NCBI GenBank assembly: GCA_944372095.1
Contig: CALVYG010000049.1
Location: 954-64,953 of the forward strand
Reading direction: 5' to 3'
From: an uncultured Clostridia bacterium
Lineage (GTDB): Bacteria; Bacillota; Clostridia; Christensenellales; DTU072
Length of the DNA stretch: 64,000 nt
Below are positions 20,316-32,500 of this stretch, piece by piece. Numbering within the stretch: position 1 is the first letter of the stretch; the number at the start of each line of letters is the position of its first letter. The translations under genes and the position numbers were made by a program. The notes beneath the pieces were generated by a model, which made no database searches, had not been told where the DNA came from, and saw only the letters and a program-made list of their open reading frames with translations.

Positions 20316-20348
20316 AAAGCCCTGTTATAGCAAAAATAACAGGGCTTT
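20316..20348 (-). terminator. Expression-platform hairpin (putative attenuator terminator) of the FMN riboswitch
   Basis: The 13-bp perfect stem AAAGCCCTGTTAT-tttttgct-ATAACAGGGCTTT is followed by GAATTTG. It sits between the aptamer and the ribU RBS. Confidence 0.55.
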
Positions 20349-20368
20349 ATAATCAAAAACGCTATTTA

Positions 20369-20484
20369 CATTTTTCTTCATCCGGACTATAACCGTCGGT
20401 TCAGGAACTCCCCCTGATCAGCCCGTGTATAACGGGGTCGTGGACTATCACCACCGGTAGAGACTTTCACTCTGCCCTAAAATG
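20369..20484 (-). promoter_or_regulatory. FMN riboswitch (RFN element) aptamer
   Basis: The minus strand reads CATTTTAGGGCAGAGTGAAAGTCTCTACCGGTGGTGATAGTCCACGACCC...GGGGGAGTTCCTGAACCGACGGTTATAGTCCGGATGAAGAAAAATG. Conserved RFN blocks AGGGCAG.GTGAAA, ACCGG.GGT and CCGACGGT.A.AGTCCGGATG.AGA are present. P1 pairs CATTTT with AAAATG. Confidence 0.85.
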
Positions 20485-20493
20485 CTTTATTTA

Positions 20494-20522
20494 AATTTAC
20501 TCCTTTTTACAAACTTTGTCAA
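20494..20522 (-). promoter_or_regulatory. Putative promoter of the riboswitch-ribU unit (TTGACA, 17 nt, TAAATT)
   Basis: The -35 TTGACA at 20522-20517 overlaps the TGA stop of the giant gene. The -10-like TAAATT is at 20499-20494. Confidence 0.4.
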
Positions 20523-23500
20523 CTGTTTGCAGTATTTTGTTGAAATCCTATACAATCGTATACGCTTAATTCTATGTCACCTAGAACTTCAAATCCCATA
20601 TAATAAGCTCCTTTCATAAATAATAAGTCTTTATTATTCTCACTATCGTTACTGCTACTGTAATCATCTGCCTCAATATTGCTTAAATCATTCCCAACAG
20701 GGATGTATCCGATTTTTTCAGCCATTGAATCTATAAATATTTTTACTTCATAATTATCTTTTGGAACAGACGAACTGGAATCCGGCCGTTCTAACACTTC
20801 ATAGTAATCAATTATCATCGTAATTTGATGTTCCTGTCCGTCACATAAGTTAATACCGCTTTCCTCATTAAATATTTCTTGTCTTCTGTATAAAGTATTA
20901 TACTTATAGAAGTATAACATTAACGAGCCCGTTTCTTTGTTATATTCAATCATTAAACCTCTTTGATTCTGTATATCTCCGAACGGTGATAAATTACTTA
21001 TATAATACGGCGTGTTCATTCCGAAATAATACCTGAATCCTCCTTGCGTTCCTTCCGCTTTGAATCTGATATTTACAGCATTACCTGCGTATACCATCGG
21101 AGTATCATATTTATCAGTCGCCATGTAGATTTTACCGGATGTTAAAATTTCATCGTTTCCTGTATAGCTACCCTTAATTAAATTGTTATTTTCTAAATCT
21201 TCGTTAGTGTACCCTACATAATCAACTGAGGTATTAACAGGCATGTTGGAAAACATATCAACAAGTCTTATTGATGCATTTTCCAAGCCTATTCCGGCAT
21301 AATGGGCTGAACCTGGTTTTAATACAACATTTTCAATTTCTGTTCTGGAAATTCCGGAGCCTGAATCAACTTCCGTTCCAAATCCTGTTTTAACATAGTC
21401 TTCAAAAACAAGTTCGGTTCCGTCTGTCGTATGTTGATATAATCTGAACGTGATTACAGTATCGTCATACATCCGAATACCGTTATCGTCTTTTGCAATA
21501 ACATCCCCGGTCTGAATATCCCTTTCTACCCTTGTAAGCGTAATTTTTAATATATTGACTACCGAAGAGTCTTCTGCAAAATTTATAGTTTTTTCCGTAC
21601 CGTTCCATTGTAATCTGTCATAAGAACCGATATCGTTCGGTAGCTGTCTTGATACCATAACTCTTGCCGTAGTACTAGGTATTCCTCCTATCAGTTTCTT
21701 TTCAATCCTCAACGCTATCCCGGACGCTTCCGGCAATTCAGGATATCTGTTACTCAAATTCCTGTATTCTGTATCCGTCAATTTAAAATACATCCATATT
21801 ACTCCGGAATCGGAATTAAATTTAACACTGTCAAAAATGTATGTTAATCCTGATACTCCGCTCATTTCATTTTGTAAATCGTTTGTAAAATAATAACCGT
21901 CTGAATAAGATTGCGGAGAAGACGAATCTATTTTTTTGCCATCCAATATGATTTGCTCAGAATTATTTTCAGTTATAAGAACTCTTATGGTCTTTTCGTT
22001 TAATTCATATTCTTGATTGTTTCCGTAATTATATTTGGTTACGTATTTAATAATATATAAACCGGGTTCTGTAGTCACATAAGAAGGAATATTTTCAATA
22101 TTGGTCGTTGTTTCTGTTACGCTTATAATATTTTTTTCATCGTTATATTTCGAGTTATAAGCATCCATCGCTTCTTCTCCGCCACTTATTGTTACATTTC
22201 CTACCTGTGAAAGTATTTCTGAAATATTCTGTGCCGTTCCCTCGTTAGTTATATAAGGTATATCATTGGAATCTTCTCCTGCCGGCCAAAATACAACATT
22301 CGCTATGTATCTGTTATTTGTAGCTGTTCCGATTAGTCTGTTTTGAATCGTAAATTTAGAAATCATCACCTTCAAACTGTCATAATCAATACCGACTTTT
22401 CCCGTTCCAGTAAAAAAGTTTGCAAGATAGGTAGTATATTCTTTGATATACTCATCTCCACGCCCATCATTATAATGGTTATATGTTTCTTTTAAACTAT
22501 AATCGTAAGGTTCACCTATAAAACTGTATATATATGTCCTTTCATCCACACTGACTCTGACTGTGAATATTCTGTCAGCTGTTATCGTAGTTTTATTTAC
22601 CTTAGTTTCTCCTATTATTTCTCCGTTTTCTTCATCAAAAATTGATGTAGGAATTCCATCGACATAATTATACCCTACGTTAGAAAAAGCTCCTACTTTG
22701 TCAATATAAATACTGAATGAGTGATTCCCTCCGTCAAACAAATTAATAAGATTGCTTGATATAACGCTTTCACTATAATTTACATACAAATCTGCTATTT
22801 GTGAAGAAATATCATCCCCAAGGTCTTCAACGACTTTTTTATAATAATAGCTCTTCGCAGAAATAAATTTCTCGTCTTTCGTTAATATGAATCCGTTCCC
22901 AATTTTCTCATAGAACAAATTGTCCGGAATATCATAGTCACTCAAATCAATATTTTCCATACTCAAATCTAAACCCAAATCATTCATAATATCATCTTTG
23001 GTTGCAAGTTCAAATCTGCAATATTCGGCCAATTCGTCTTTAAGCATTATTTCCCCTTCCTCAAACCCGGGATAATTATTTTTGGCTTCAATATAAAATT
23101 CGTTATACATCATGCGAACATAACTCATATCAGGTTTATACCCTAAAACAAGCTTACCGAAATCATTTTCGTAAAGGATTATCTCGAATTTACGAGCACT
23201 TTCACCTGCGTTTACGGGTACTAAACGTGCTCTGAGATTAATTATATCAAATTTTCCGATATAATCGCTACCGCTCGAATCCGCTAGCTTATAAACGGCG
23301 GCCTGCTGACTTAAATAATCCCCGAGTCCTTCTGTTCCATCTATGTTCTCTCTTTTTAATACTCCGCCTGACGCCTTGTCAAGTATAGTATCAGAATATC
23401 CGGTTTGCTTTGTTCCTTCTTGTTTCATTGTAACTGAAAAATAATTACTTTCTAATAATCTTACAATTTCACCGCCATAAAAAGATTCTTCCAATATAAT

Positions 23501-26500
23501 TTGTACAGTCAATACGTCGCCAATGGCAGGTTGCCCGGATTCACTCAAATTTACACTTGAATATTCAGGTATATACTTAATCGTTAGTCTTCTGTCGTAA
23601 GTCATTCCGGCATAAGAATCAACAGAATAATCTGCACTGCGTTTTGTATCAACATACTGTATTTGGTTGTCGTCGATAAATCCGCCGAAATTATACCTTA
23701 ACAATATACTCAATCCCGATATTGTATTCTCGCTTATGTTTACAATTACTCCCTCCCTTGTAGATTCAGTATCTGCAATAAGGTTTGCATATCCGCTGTC
23801 TGTCGTATAACGCCCTATTCCTTCAATTTCAGGATAAAGCATAATTTCTGAACGCTTAAATTTTAATTCAAAGTTTTCACTTTCTAATCCCGACAATGCA
23901 ATAAATCTTATAGTTCCGCCGCTTTCGGCAAGGGTTTCATCACCTTCTCTGTAAACATATATAGAATAATTACAAATTGCAGACATAAATTCGTTAATAT
24001 TTTTATACGTCATTCCGTTATATTCAAATTCCTTGGAATCAATATTATATTCTGCTCCCAATATTAATGCTATTTGTTCTGCTAAATTATTATATTCTGT
24101 TCCGTTTACACTAAACGGTTCAATACTTACGGTATATCCCAATCTTCTGTCTCTAGTGTCAGTTGAGTCTATTTCTCCTGCATAATATAATTGATTGCGC
24201 TCAGACCATAAAGCACTGAAATAGTCATTATAAACCCCTTCTCCGATTGAATAAGATTTCTCTACAACATTCATGCTTATCTCTATTTCTTTTTTAACAA
24301 CAATGTAATTAAATATTCCCCAAACAATTTCGTAATTGTCGAATATTGGCGTTTCAGAAACGAATTCTCCCAAATTGTAACTATATCCTTGTTCACTGAC
24401 TTCTGAGTTTGCTGCCTTTTCTCTTAATAAGTCAAGCAATATAGCATTACTTACGCCCGTTCTGATTAAATTTTGTTCTTGCTGCAATGTGATACCTGAA
24501 CTATCGTTATTTACATTATAAATTCCGTTTTCCTTTATCTCCTCACCGGTCGCATGATTTATATATGTATATATCCCGAAAGAATTCAATGTCGGAAGAC
24601 CGTTATAAACGGTTTCTCCGCTATCAAATATATCTCCGTACATCACTTCGCTATTTATTTGGTAATCAATTATTATTTTTGCTTTTGCAACAGTAAGGGG
24701 CAGATAGACATAAATCCCGTTATTCACAGAAATCCCATCCCATTCACTTTCTACAAGAGATTCATTTACCACCGTTGTTCTTACAATATAATTTGAATCA
24801 TTGGAAGTAAACATAGATGAAGGAATTCTTACATAATATTGGTCATTTGAACCCCTTACCCATGTTCCTGCCGCAACGGCTATAGAAGTATTGTCAATAA
24901 TGTAATCTTTCAACATATTTCCTGCGCTGTTTTCAATTTCTAGAATCGAATTTGCCTCATCCTCATCCATATCAGGTACATTTACTTTAAACTTATAATT
25001 ATCCGTATCTTTATCAAAATAAGCTCTCTCTACTCCAATAATTTCGATTTCTTTTCTGCTAATTCTGAAATTTGTTCCTTCAATTACAATTTCATATTTT
25101 GAAGTATCTGATGAAAGACCGGTTCCGCCGGTTAAATATCTTTCAATAATTTGATTATTCGAATCATATTTGTTAGCCGACAAACTGTTCATAGTTTCGC
25201 CACTGATTTTTACGTATTTTACTCCGTCAACAGTAATATATTTAGATTCATCTACCATAGACGCTGCTACATATACAGGGAATCCGGAACAAACTCTTCC
25301 GTCATCAAGCAGTGTAAGCTGTCCTCCTGATGAATTTATTATTTCATTTATTATATTGTTTATTGTACTAAGATTGGTATCGTATCCGTTAATAAACTCA
25401 TATTTTCCGTCAGCGTAATCAAATGAAAAATATAAACCTTCTCCTGCTCCGAAACTTGTTCCGTATGTCATTTCATTTTCTCGGGTAACAATATTTATTA
25501 AAGACAATCTAAGATTAACTTTACGAGCGCGCACTCTGAAACTAATGTTACTGTTCACAAAGTTAAAGTTTTTATTTGCTTCAATCAGTGCATTTATCCC
25601 AGCATTTACCGGACTGCTGTTTGCATCGTATATTCCTGATGTAGCACCGAAATTAAATCCTTCTTCAACACACGTGTAGTAGCTTTTCAAATTTTCGATA
25701 TATTTTATATTTGTAAATTCGGACGACGATGAATCATAAACATATAACCCATATTTAAATAAGCCGTTTTTTTCGTTAGCATTCAAACTTTTTGCTAAAT
25801 CAAAATAATATTTACCGTCGCCGGATGATGTTCCGTCCGTAACATTCACGCCGTATGTATAACCGTTATACGTTATAAGATATTGATATTGAGAATTCCC
25901 GACAGAAGGTACGTTTTCCTCATCGGCATTAACATTTAAAGTTCCGTCAGCATTGTCCGTAGGATTGATAACGACATAAACGTCCCTCGGTGAAATGTAA
26001 TATATTCCGTCACAGCCATGATAATCTACCGAGCTTCCTGTCGGTTGTTGTACCGCAAAACGATAATTCCAACTAAGCCAATCATCTGCTTCAGGGTCTT
26101 TTGATTCAAAAGTAATATATTCTCCGTCTGCATTTCCTTCCGGCAAAAATACTCCGCGGAAATTATACCAGTAATATCCGACATTATATTTTTCATTCCC
26201 GTACGTTGTAGTACCTATCTCAGTTCTTTCCGGTATGGGTTTGAATGACGCAGTAGATGTTCCGTATCCCTTTAATTCCAGTTTATAAACCATTTCAGAA
26301 ATACTGTCAATTGGACCGTTCCCTAAAACAATCAGTTCATTTGCTGTCCCTGTAAATGTTAAATTTTCTCGATTCGTTAATCCGTATCCGTCATATTGCC
26401 TGGATAAATATGGATTAACCGCATTCTTCAAATCAAAAGTAACCGTCCCCGGATAAATTGTATATATACCTATATTATTATGACGTACACCGTTTTCATC

Positions 26501-29500
26501 AACATATTGAACAGATTCGTCCGCAAAAACAATATCATAATTCATATTCCCCAAATCATCCATATACGATGCTCTGACCATAAGCGTTCCCGCATCGGTT
26601 ATATTTGCGGATGCAGATATTCCGTCATTGTCTCTAATATATTGATAATCTCCTATCATCATTTCTGATTGAGGTCTTTCATAGGTGAAAACTAAGTTAT
26701 TTTTATTAATTTTATCTGTATTATAATCACCTATTAACGTAAGCGCGGAATCTGTACTTCTTACCGAAGCCGGATTTCCGTCGTATACTTTGTTATTTAA
26801 TGTTCCAAATCCGTAAAGATTTACGGTTTTAGGCTGAATTACTAATTCATAACCGTCGCCGTCGGCAAATTTTATAAACTCAAAATTATTTCCTTCACCC
26901 GTTTTATATACAAATACTACGGCATAATTTATAAAATCGCTATTTACAATTCTATACGATATAGGATAACCTTCAATATTTCCGTCCTCATCTCTCTTAA
27001 CGTTTCTCGGATAATTTCCGTTTTCGTCTGCAGTTGAAATTATAAGGTTAGAAGGCATAAAATCCAAATTCCCGTATAATAATTCCGTCTTATCTGCCGA
27101 AGAATAATATTCTTTTACTATATAACATGTTGTTGTTCCGTAACTGTAATAACTATTCGAATCACTTGCTTTTTTCCACGCTGTATCAATCGGATTTATT
27201 CCGCTTTCTCCTGCCTGATATGTTTTTGTTATAGTTAAGGGATTGCCGTCTCCGTCATCAACAGGATAATTAATATATATAGGAATATCTATCGGTTTAA
27301 TATTTACCATACCTGCATAAGAAGCAACTTGTCCGTCTTCGTCGAAATCAAACGAATAGTTCGTATTCCCTAAATCAACGACTTTTACAATATAATTTCC
27401 TGCATTTACAAGAGTAAATAAACCCGAAGCAACCGCTTCTCCGTTATCTATTGAATATGACGCAAGCCCTATATTTTTCAATGTTTCTGTATCTTTTTGG
27501 TTATATGTTATTTCTAAATCAAAAGTTAAACTCAGACTGTCTCCGGGACAAATGTCACCATTGATTATTTGTATGGAGACAGTTTGATTTTCTTCGTTAA
27601 ATATACTTGTCGTATCAACAACTTTCATCTTTAATTTTACCGTTGTTACCTCATATTTGAAACTTTCGGTATAAGTCATCGGTTTTGTTCCTGTCCCTGA
27701 GCCATATGTTTCATCAAATATGTAGTTTAAAATATGAGCGGCGGCGGAAGCCTCCAAAACCATAGTACTTCCGAGATACAGATAATTTTTGGTATCCGTA
27801 TCAAAATATGAATAAGTCATCGTTCCCGTATAGATCCCGGCGACCATACTGTTACTGCTTGCATATTGTATATCTGTATGTACAATTTGATAAGAAATTC
27901 CGTCCTTATATGCGTATGGTGTATAACTTGCCCCGTCTAAGCTACAATAACTCGTTAAATCAAAATCACTGCGATATTTTCTTGCATACGCTTCCGACAA
28001 AGTAAAAACAGCCTTTCCTTCAGAATCGTATGAAAGAGATTTTCCATAACCTATTTTAATAAACTCAGGAATTACTAAAATATATGCGCCTGTTGAATAA
28101 TCACCGGTTAATGCAAGTATTTCGTATCTGTTTTTCCAGCTATCATAAAAATGCTGCACGTATGGCTTAGGATTTTCGATTTCACTTGAATACTCGCTAT
28201 ACAATGCTATATCAAAATCATTACCTGTATTCTTCGTATTAACATTATGTATACCGACATTTAAATCCCCTGTATCCCTTATAAATTCAAACTGTGAAAG
28301 TAAAACCTCTTTACTTAATCTGTATTCTACGGCACTGCCGTCAATATCCAAATATGTAATTGAAATAATGTTATCTTTAAACAATGCGTCTATTTCCGTA
28401 TCAAAAGTATCTTTATCGATTATCTCAACAGTAAAATCGTCTCCGGCAAAGTAAGAAGCCAACAATCTTCCGTTTGTTCCGTTATTTTGGTCTTTAATCT
28501 GACTGTTACCGCTTACAACAAATGACTTGACATTAATTTCTGCCGTGATTTTATTAATATGTATTGAAAATGAATATTTTTCCCCCTCAGCCTCATAGGA
28601 ATCCAACGCATAATTTTTCAAAGTAAGAGACGATGTATCTATCAGAACATAATATTCTCCTGCGGGAAGATTAAAAGGCAGTAAGCTGTAATTTCCTTCA
28701 TATTCCAAACCTGAAACAGTAAATTTTTTGTATCCCCAATCCGCCGCAAAGTCAGTACACGCTTTATCTCTGTAGATTTTAACATTTTTATACAATATCC
28801 CCCAATCGTCACACTCTCCGACTATTTCCAAAGCATATTGACCTGTAGAATAATTATAATAAATTATGCTTCCGTCATCAAAATAATTTTCAAATAAGGA
28901 TTCAAAACTGTCCCCGCCTAAAACAGGAGTCTCTTTTGAAGCAAAAAATTTCATTTTTTCAGACAAGACAGTTTCTCTTCCGTCATTATAGATAAATTTC
29001 GATGTCCCGAAATTTTTAATTAAATCTTCACCTGCCACAAGAATAAGAGCCTGTTCTATTTCAAGATTGCCACCACAATACATAATTTCATAATTAGATA
29101 ATGTTTCTGGCGCACCGGAATATATCGGATGCACGTCTCCGGCATCGTCGGTATCTGTTGTTGCTCGTGTAAGATTATATTCTAGTGTAGAGGTATCCGT
29201 ATAAATTATTTCGGAAGTTAAATCAAATATCCCGTCACCGGTATAGATTAAATTATCATAAGCAAAATGTATGCCTTTTTTTGTTCCAATCGGTTTAAGT
29301 CCGTCTGTTTCTTCTCTAATGATAATTTGATTTCCTGAAACTAAATTCAGGTCAATATCCCCTAGAATACCAATAACATCTTCATAATTATAAACTCTGA
29401 ACTGATAATCCGGGTCCGAATCCCCGTAAACTTTACTTACGCTCTCTACTGCAATAACTATCGGGCGTTTGATAACCGTTAAATCTGCCTCGGCGTAAGA

Positions 29501-32500
29501 AACAAGCGCGGATAATTCATAATTAGCATTTTCAACCAAACTTATCTCAGGCTTAATTACATATTCTCCGACAGAAAGATTAACTAAAACTTTATATCCT
29601 TCATCACCGTTATATTCAATTAATGTCTTACGTACTCCTGTATTTTTGTCATAAATATAAAGCTTAATTTCCGAAATCACATCATCATCGGTATCACCGT
29701 AACAATAAGCTTCACCTTCCGGAATTCCGTTAGTTACAGCAGTCATTTTCCATTTTAAATTCCCCGAGGAATTCTTAATATTTTTCAACGCGTCATCGTT
29801 ATTTCCGTTAAGAATTTCTCCGTAAACAAAGCTGAAATCCTCAATTACTATTGCTAATTCCTTTTTCTTGATTTCGATAGTAACAGTTTCATCGCTGAAT
29901 GCATTATTGTTCGCGTCGCCGCTATTTTCAAAATAAGTATATCGTACAGTATAAATACCTACCGCTGTCGGCCATTCGTCGGAAAGTACGCCTTCCGCAT
30001 TCCTGTAAGAAACATGATATTGTCCCAAGGTATCCGCTGCGCCTCTTTCCAGTTCGGTAGCAACACTGGAATTGAAGCTCTGATAATATAATACCGTCGG
30101 CTCGGGCAAAACTTCCTCCCCTGCACCATACTCACATATTAGTTTTTTCTCATATCCAAGTGATTGGTCATATTGTATTGAAACATATTTTCTGTCAACT
30201 ATAATTACGTTATAAGAAGTTTGTTGAGTTACCCCGTAATAAGTATAAGAAACATAAATGGTCTGCTGTTCCTGACTGCCGCCGGTTAATTCTTTATTTG
30301 CATTAAAATTATTAGTATTTTTACTTAAATTCCCATCTGATAAATCAAGAACCTGTGTAGTTCCGTTATCAAATCTCAGACTTACTTTACCGCCGGTAAA
30401 ATCGATTTTCGTTTGAAGAGAAATATCGTCTGTCGGATTTTCAACATATTCCAATCTGGGCATACTTGTTAGATTTATCGACACAAGCGATTTCCTTTTT
30501 ACGGTTAAAGGAATCTCATTCTCGCACGCGAATCCGCCATAACTGATTTTTATAAATGTATTTACTGTTCCGTCGTCACCGAATTCCCAATTATCGTATT
30601 TGCTGTATCCTTCGCATTCTACTTGTCTGAAATCGACAATTTTTGTTTCTTCCAACGGGACTCCGTCCGCATCGGTGTAACTTACTTCTATAATCATATC
30701 ATCGGGATTTATATCCATTTTTTCTATTACGGACAATCTTGTCCCGTCTATTACGGTTACTTTTACGGAAGAAATAACATTAAGTCTTAATTCTAATCCT
30801 ATCGTACATGCTTTACGTAAAAATCCTACCGTTATTGCCTGCTGTATGGCAGTATCCGAATAATCGGATAATTCAAAACTCGAAGAAACTTTTTCAGCCT
30901 CTCCCAAAGCGTAATATTCCGAACTTCCGTCATCTGAATAAACAAACAAATACAAGCTGTTTTTTATTAATTGTTTGTTCCCGTCATCATCCAGGACAAA
31001 TCCTTCTTCCAATAAACCTTTTCCTTCGTTTATATACACCGTTTGATTTTTATAAGAATTAAATACATCTTCGGAAAATTCTCCGGCAACAAGTTTAATG
31101 TAACTTATTAATTCTTCAAAACAATAAATATCAAATCCCGCACTTATAATAGCTGCTTCATTAACGGCATCCGCTATTTTTATTACAAACGTTCTTGAAT
31201 GGAATTTATCATTGCCTGATTCAATTTTATCTCTTAATTCTTCAGCAAATTCCGCAAAGGTAAATGATATAAATTCTTTATTATCAAAAACACCGATTTC
31301 AACTCCGTAACGCATAGAATTGTATGTAAAATACCATCCTTTTTCATCTGTCATAAGAAGAGCGCTATTGCCGCTTTCTATCCCTCTTACAGTTAAAGCT
31401 GTTGCATTGTCAAAACCAACGTTTAAACTTAAATTCTTTATATCCCATTCATTATCCGATAAAATATATTCTTCTTTATAGCTTAATGCGTTTACAGACG
31501 TTATTGTCTTCGGCACAACGGTATAGAATACTTCCGCTTCTTTCCCGCCGTAATACACCGTAATCTTTTTGTTATCGGCCAAATAATAAAATTCCTGAAC
31601 TTCGTACTGTTTTTCAGCTTTAATCTTGGTTCCGTTTTCATCAACATAAAAATTAAACCAAACGTCATTCCATATTTCGCTGTACTTTGCAGCTATATTT
31701 ATAAAATATTCTTGTGTTAAATCATATACAGGTTCAGCTACTGTATAGTTACCGTTTTCGAAAACATAATATTCTTTATGCTTTTCTTCCCATATATCGT
31801 TTGCATAATCATTTGCAGCCAGTTCGTCTGCCCTAAAATAAGATGAAGTATATTCCCCTGTCGGTAAATATACCGGCGCCACATTTATAGAAAGCCTTCC
31901 TTTCGTTATCGGGATTATTTCTGTTTCTCCGTTTTCGCGAATAACTGTAATTTCCGTTCCTTCCGGAATAATTTCCGTTCCTTCCGTAAAAAAGCCAAGA
32001 TGAACTTCATTGAGAGAAATAGAAACAATTTCGTTTGTAACATTATACTCGCACGAAAGCGAAACGCTTCCTCCTCCGTAATATAAAACCACTTCGTATT
32101 TTCCCGTTCCGTCAAATCCGTCCGTTATGATTTCATCTGCCGTTCCTTTATTTTTAATGAAAACAAACTGCCATTCTTCTCCGCTTAATCCGTTATTTTT
32201 ACCGCTTACGGTGGTTGTCGTTCCGTCCCCGAAAGTAATTTTGATATCCCAATCTGAACAATCAAACTGTTCGCCTAAAATGTATTCTGTTCTCGGAGTT
32301 GTTATAAATTCAAGCGAAACAGCTTTTCTTACAAGAAGAATGGTAAAACTGCCCGTAAAAGAAGTATCATATATCGCATCGTCAAATTGAACATATACGG
32401 TTTTTTCCGTCTTGCCTGTTTCTCCCGCATTTTTAAGTAATTTAGTTGTGTCCAAAACATTTCCGCTCTCATCCCTGAGCATCGGCGAAGTTACGGCTGC

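Noticed and set aside
31915-32115. Short direct repeat in the giant gene (ggaacggaaat... encoding GTEIIPEGTEI)
   Set aside because: It is only a ~12-nt duplication within a coding repeat and is too short to be a meaningful element.
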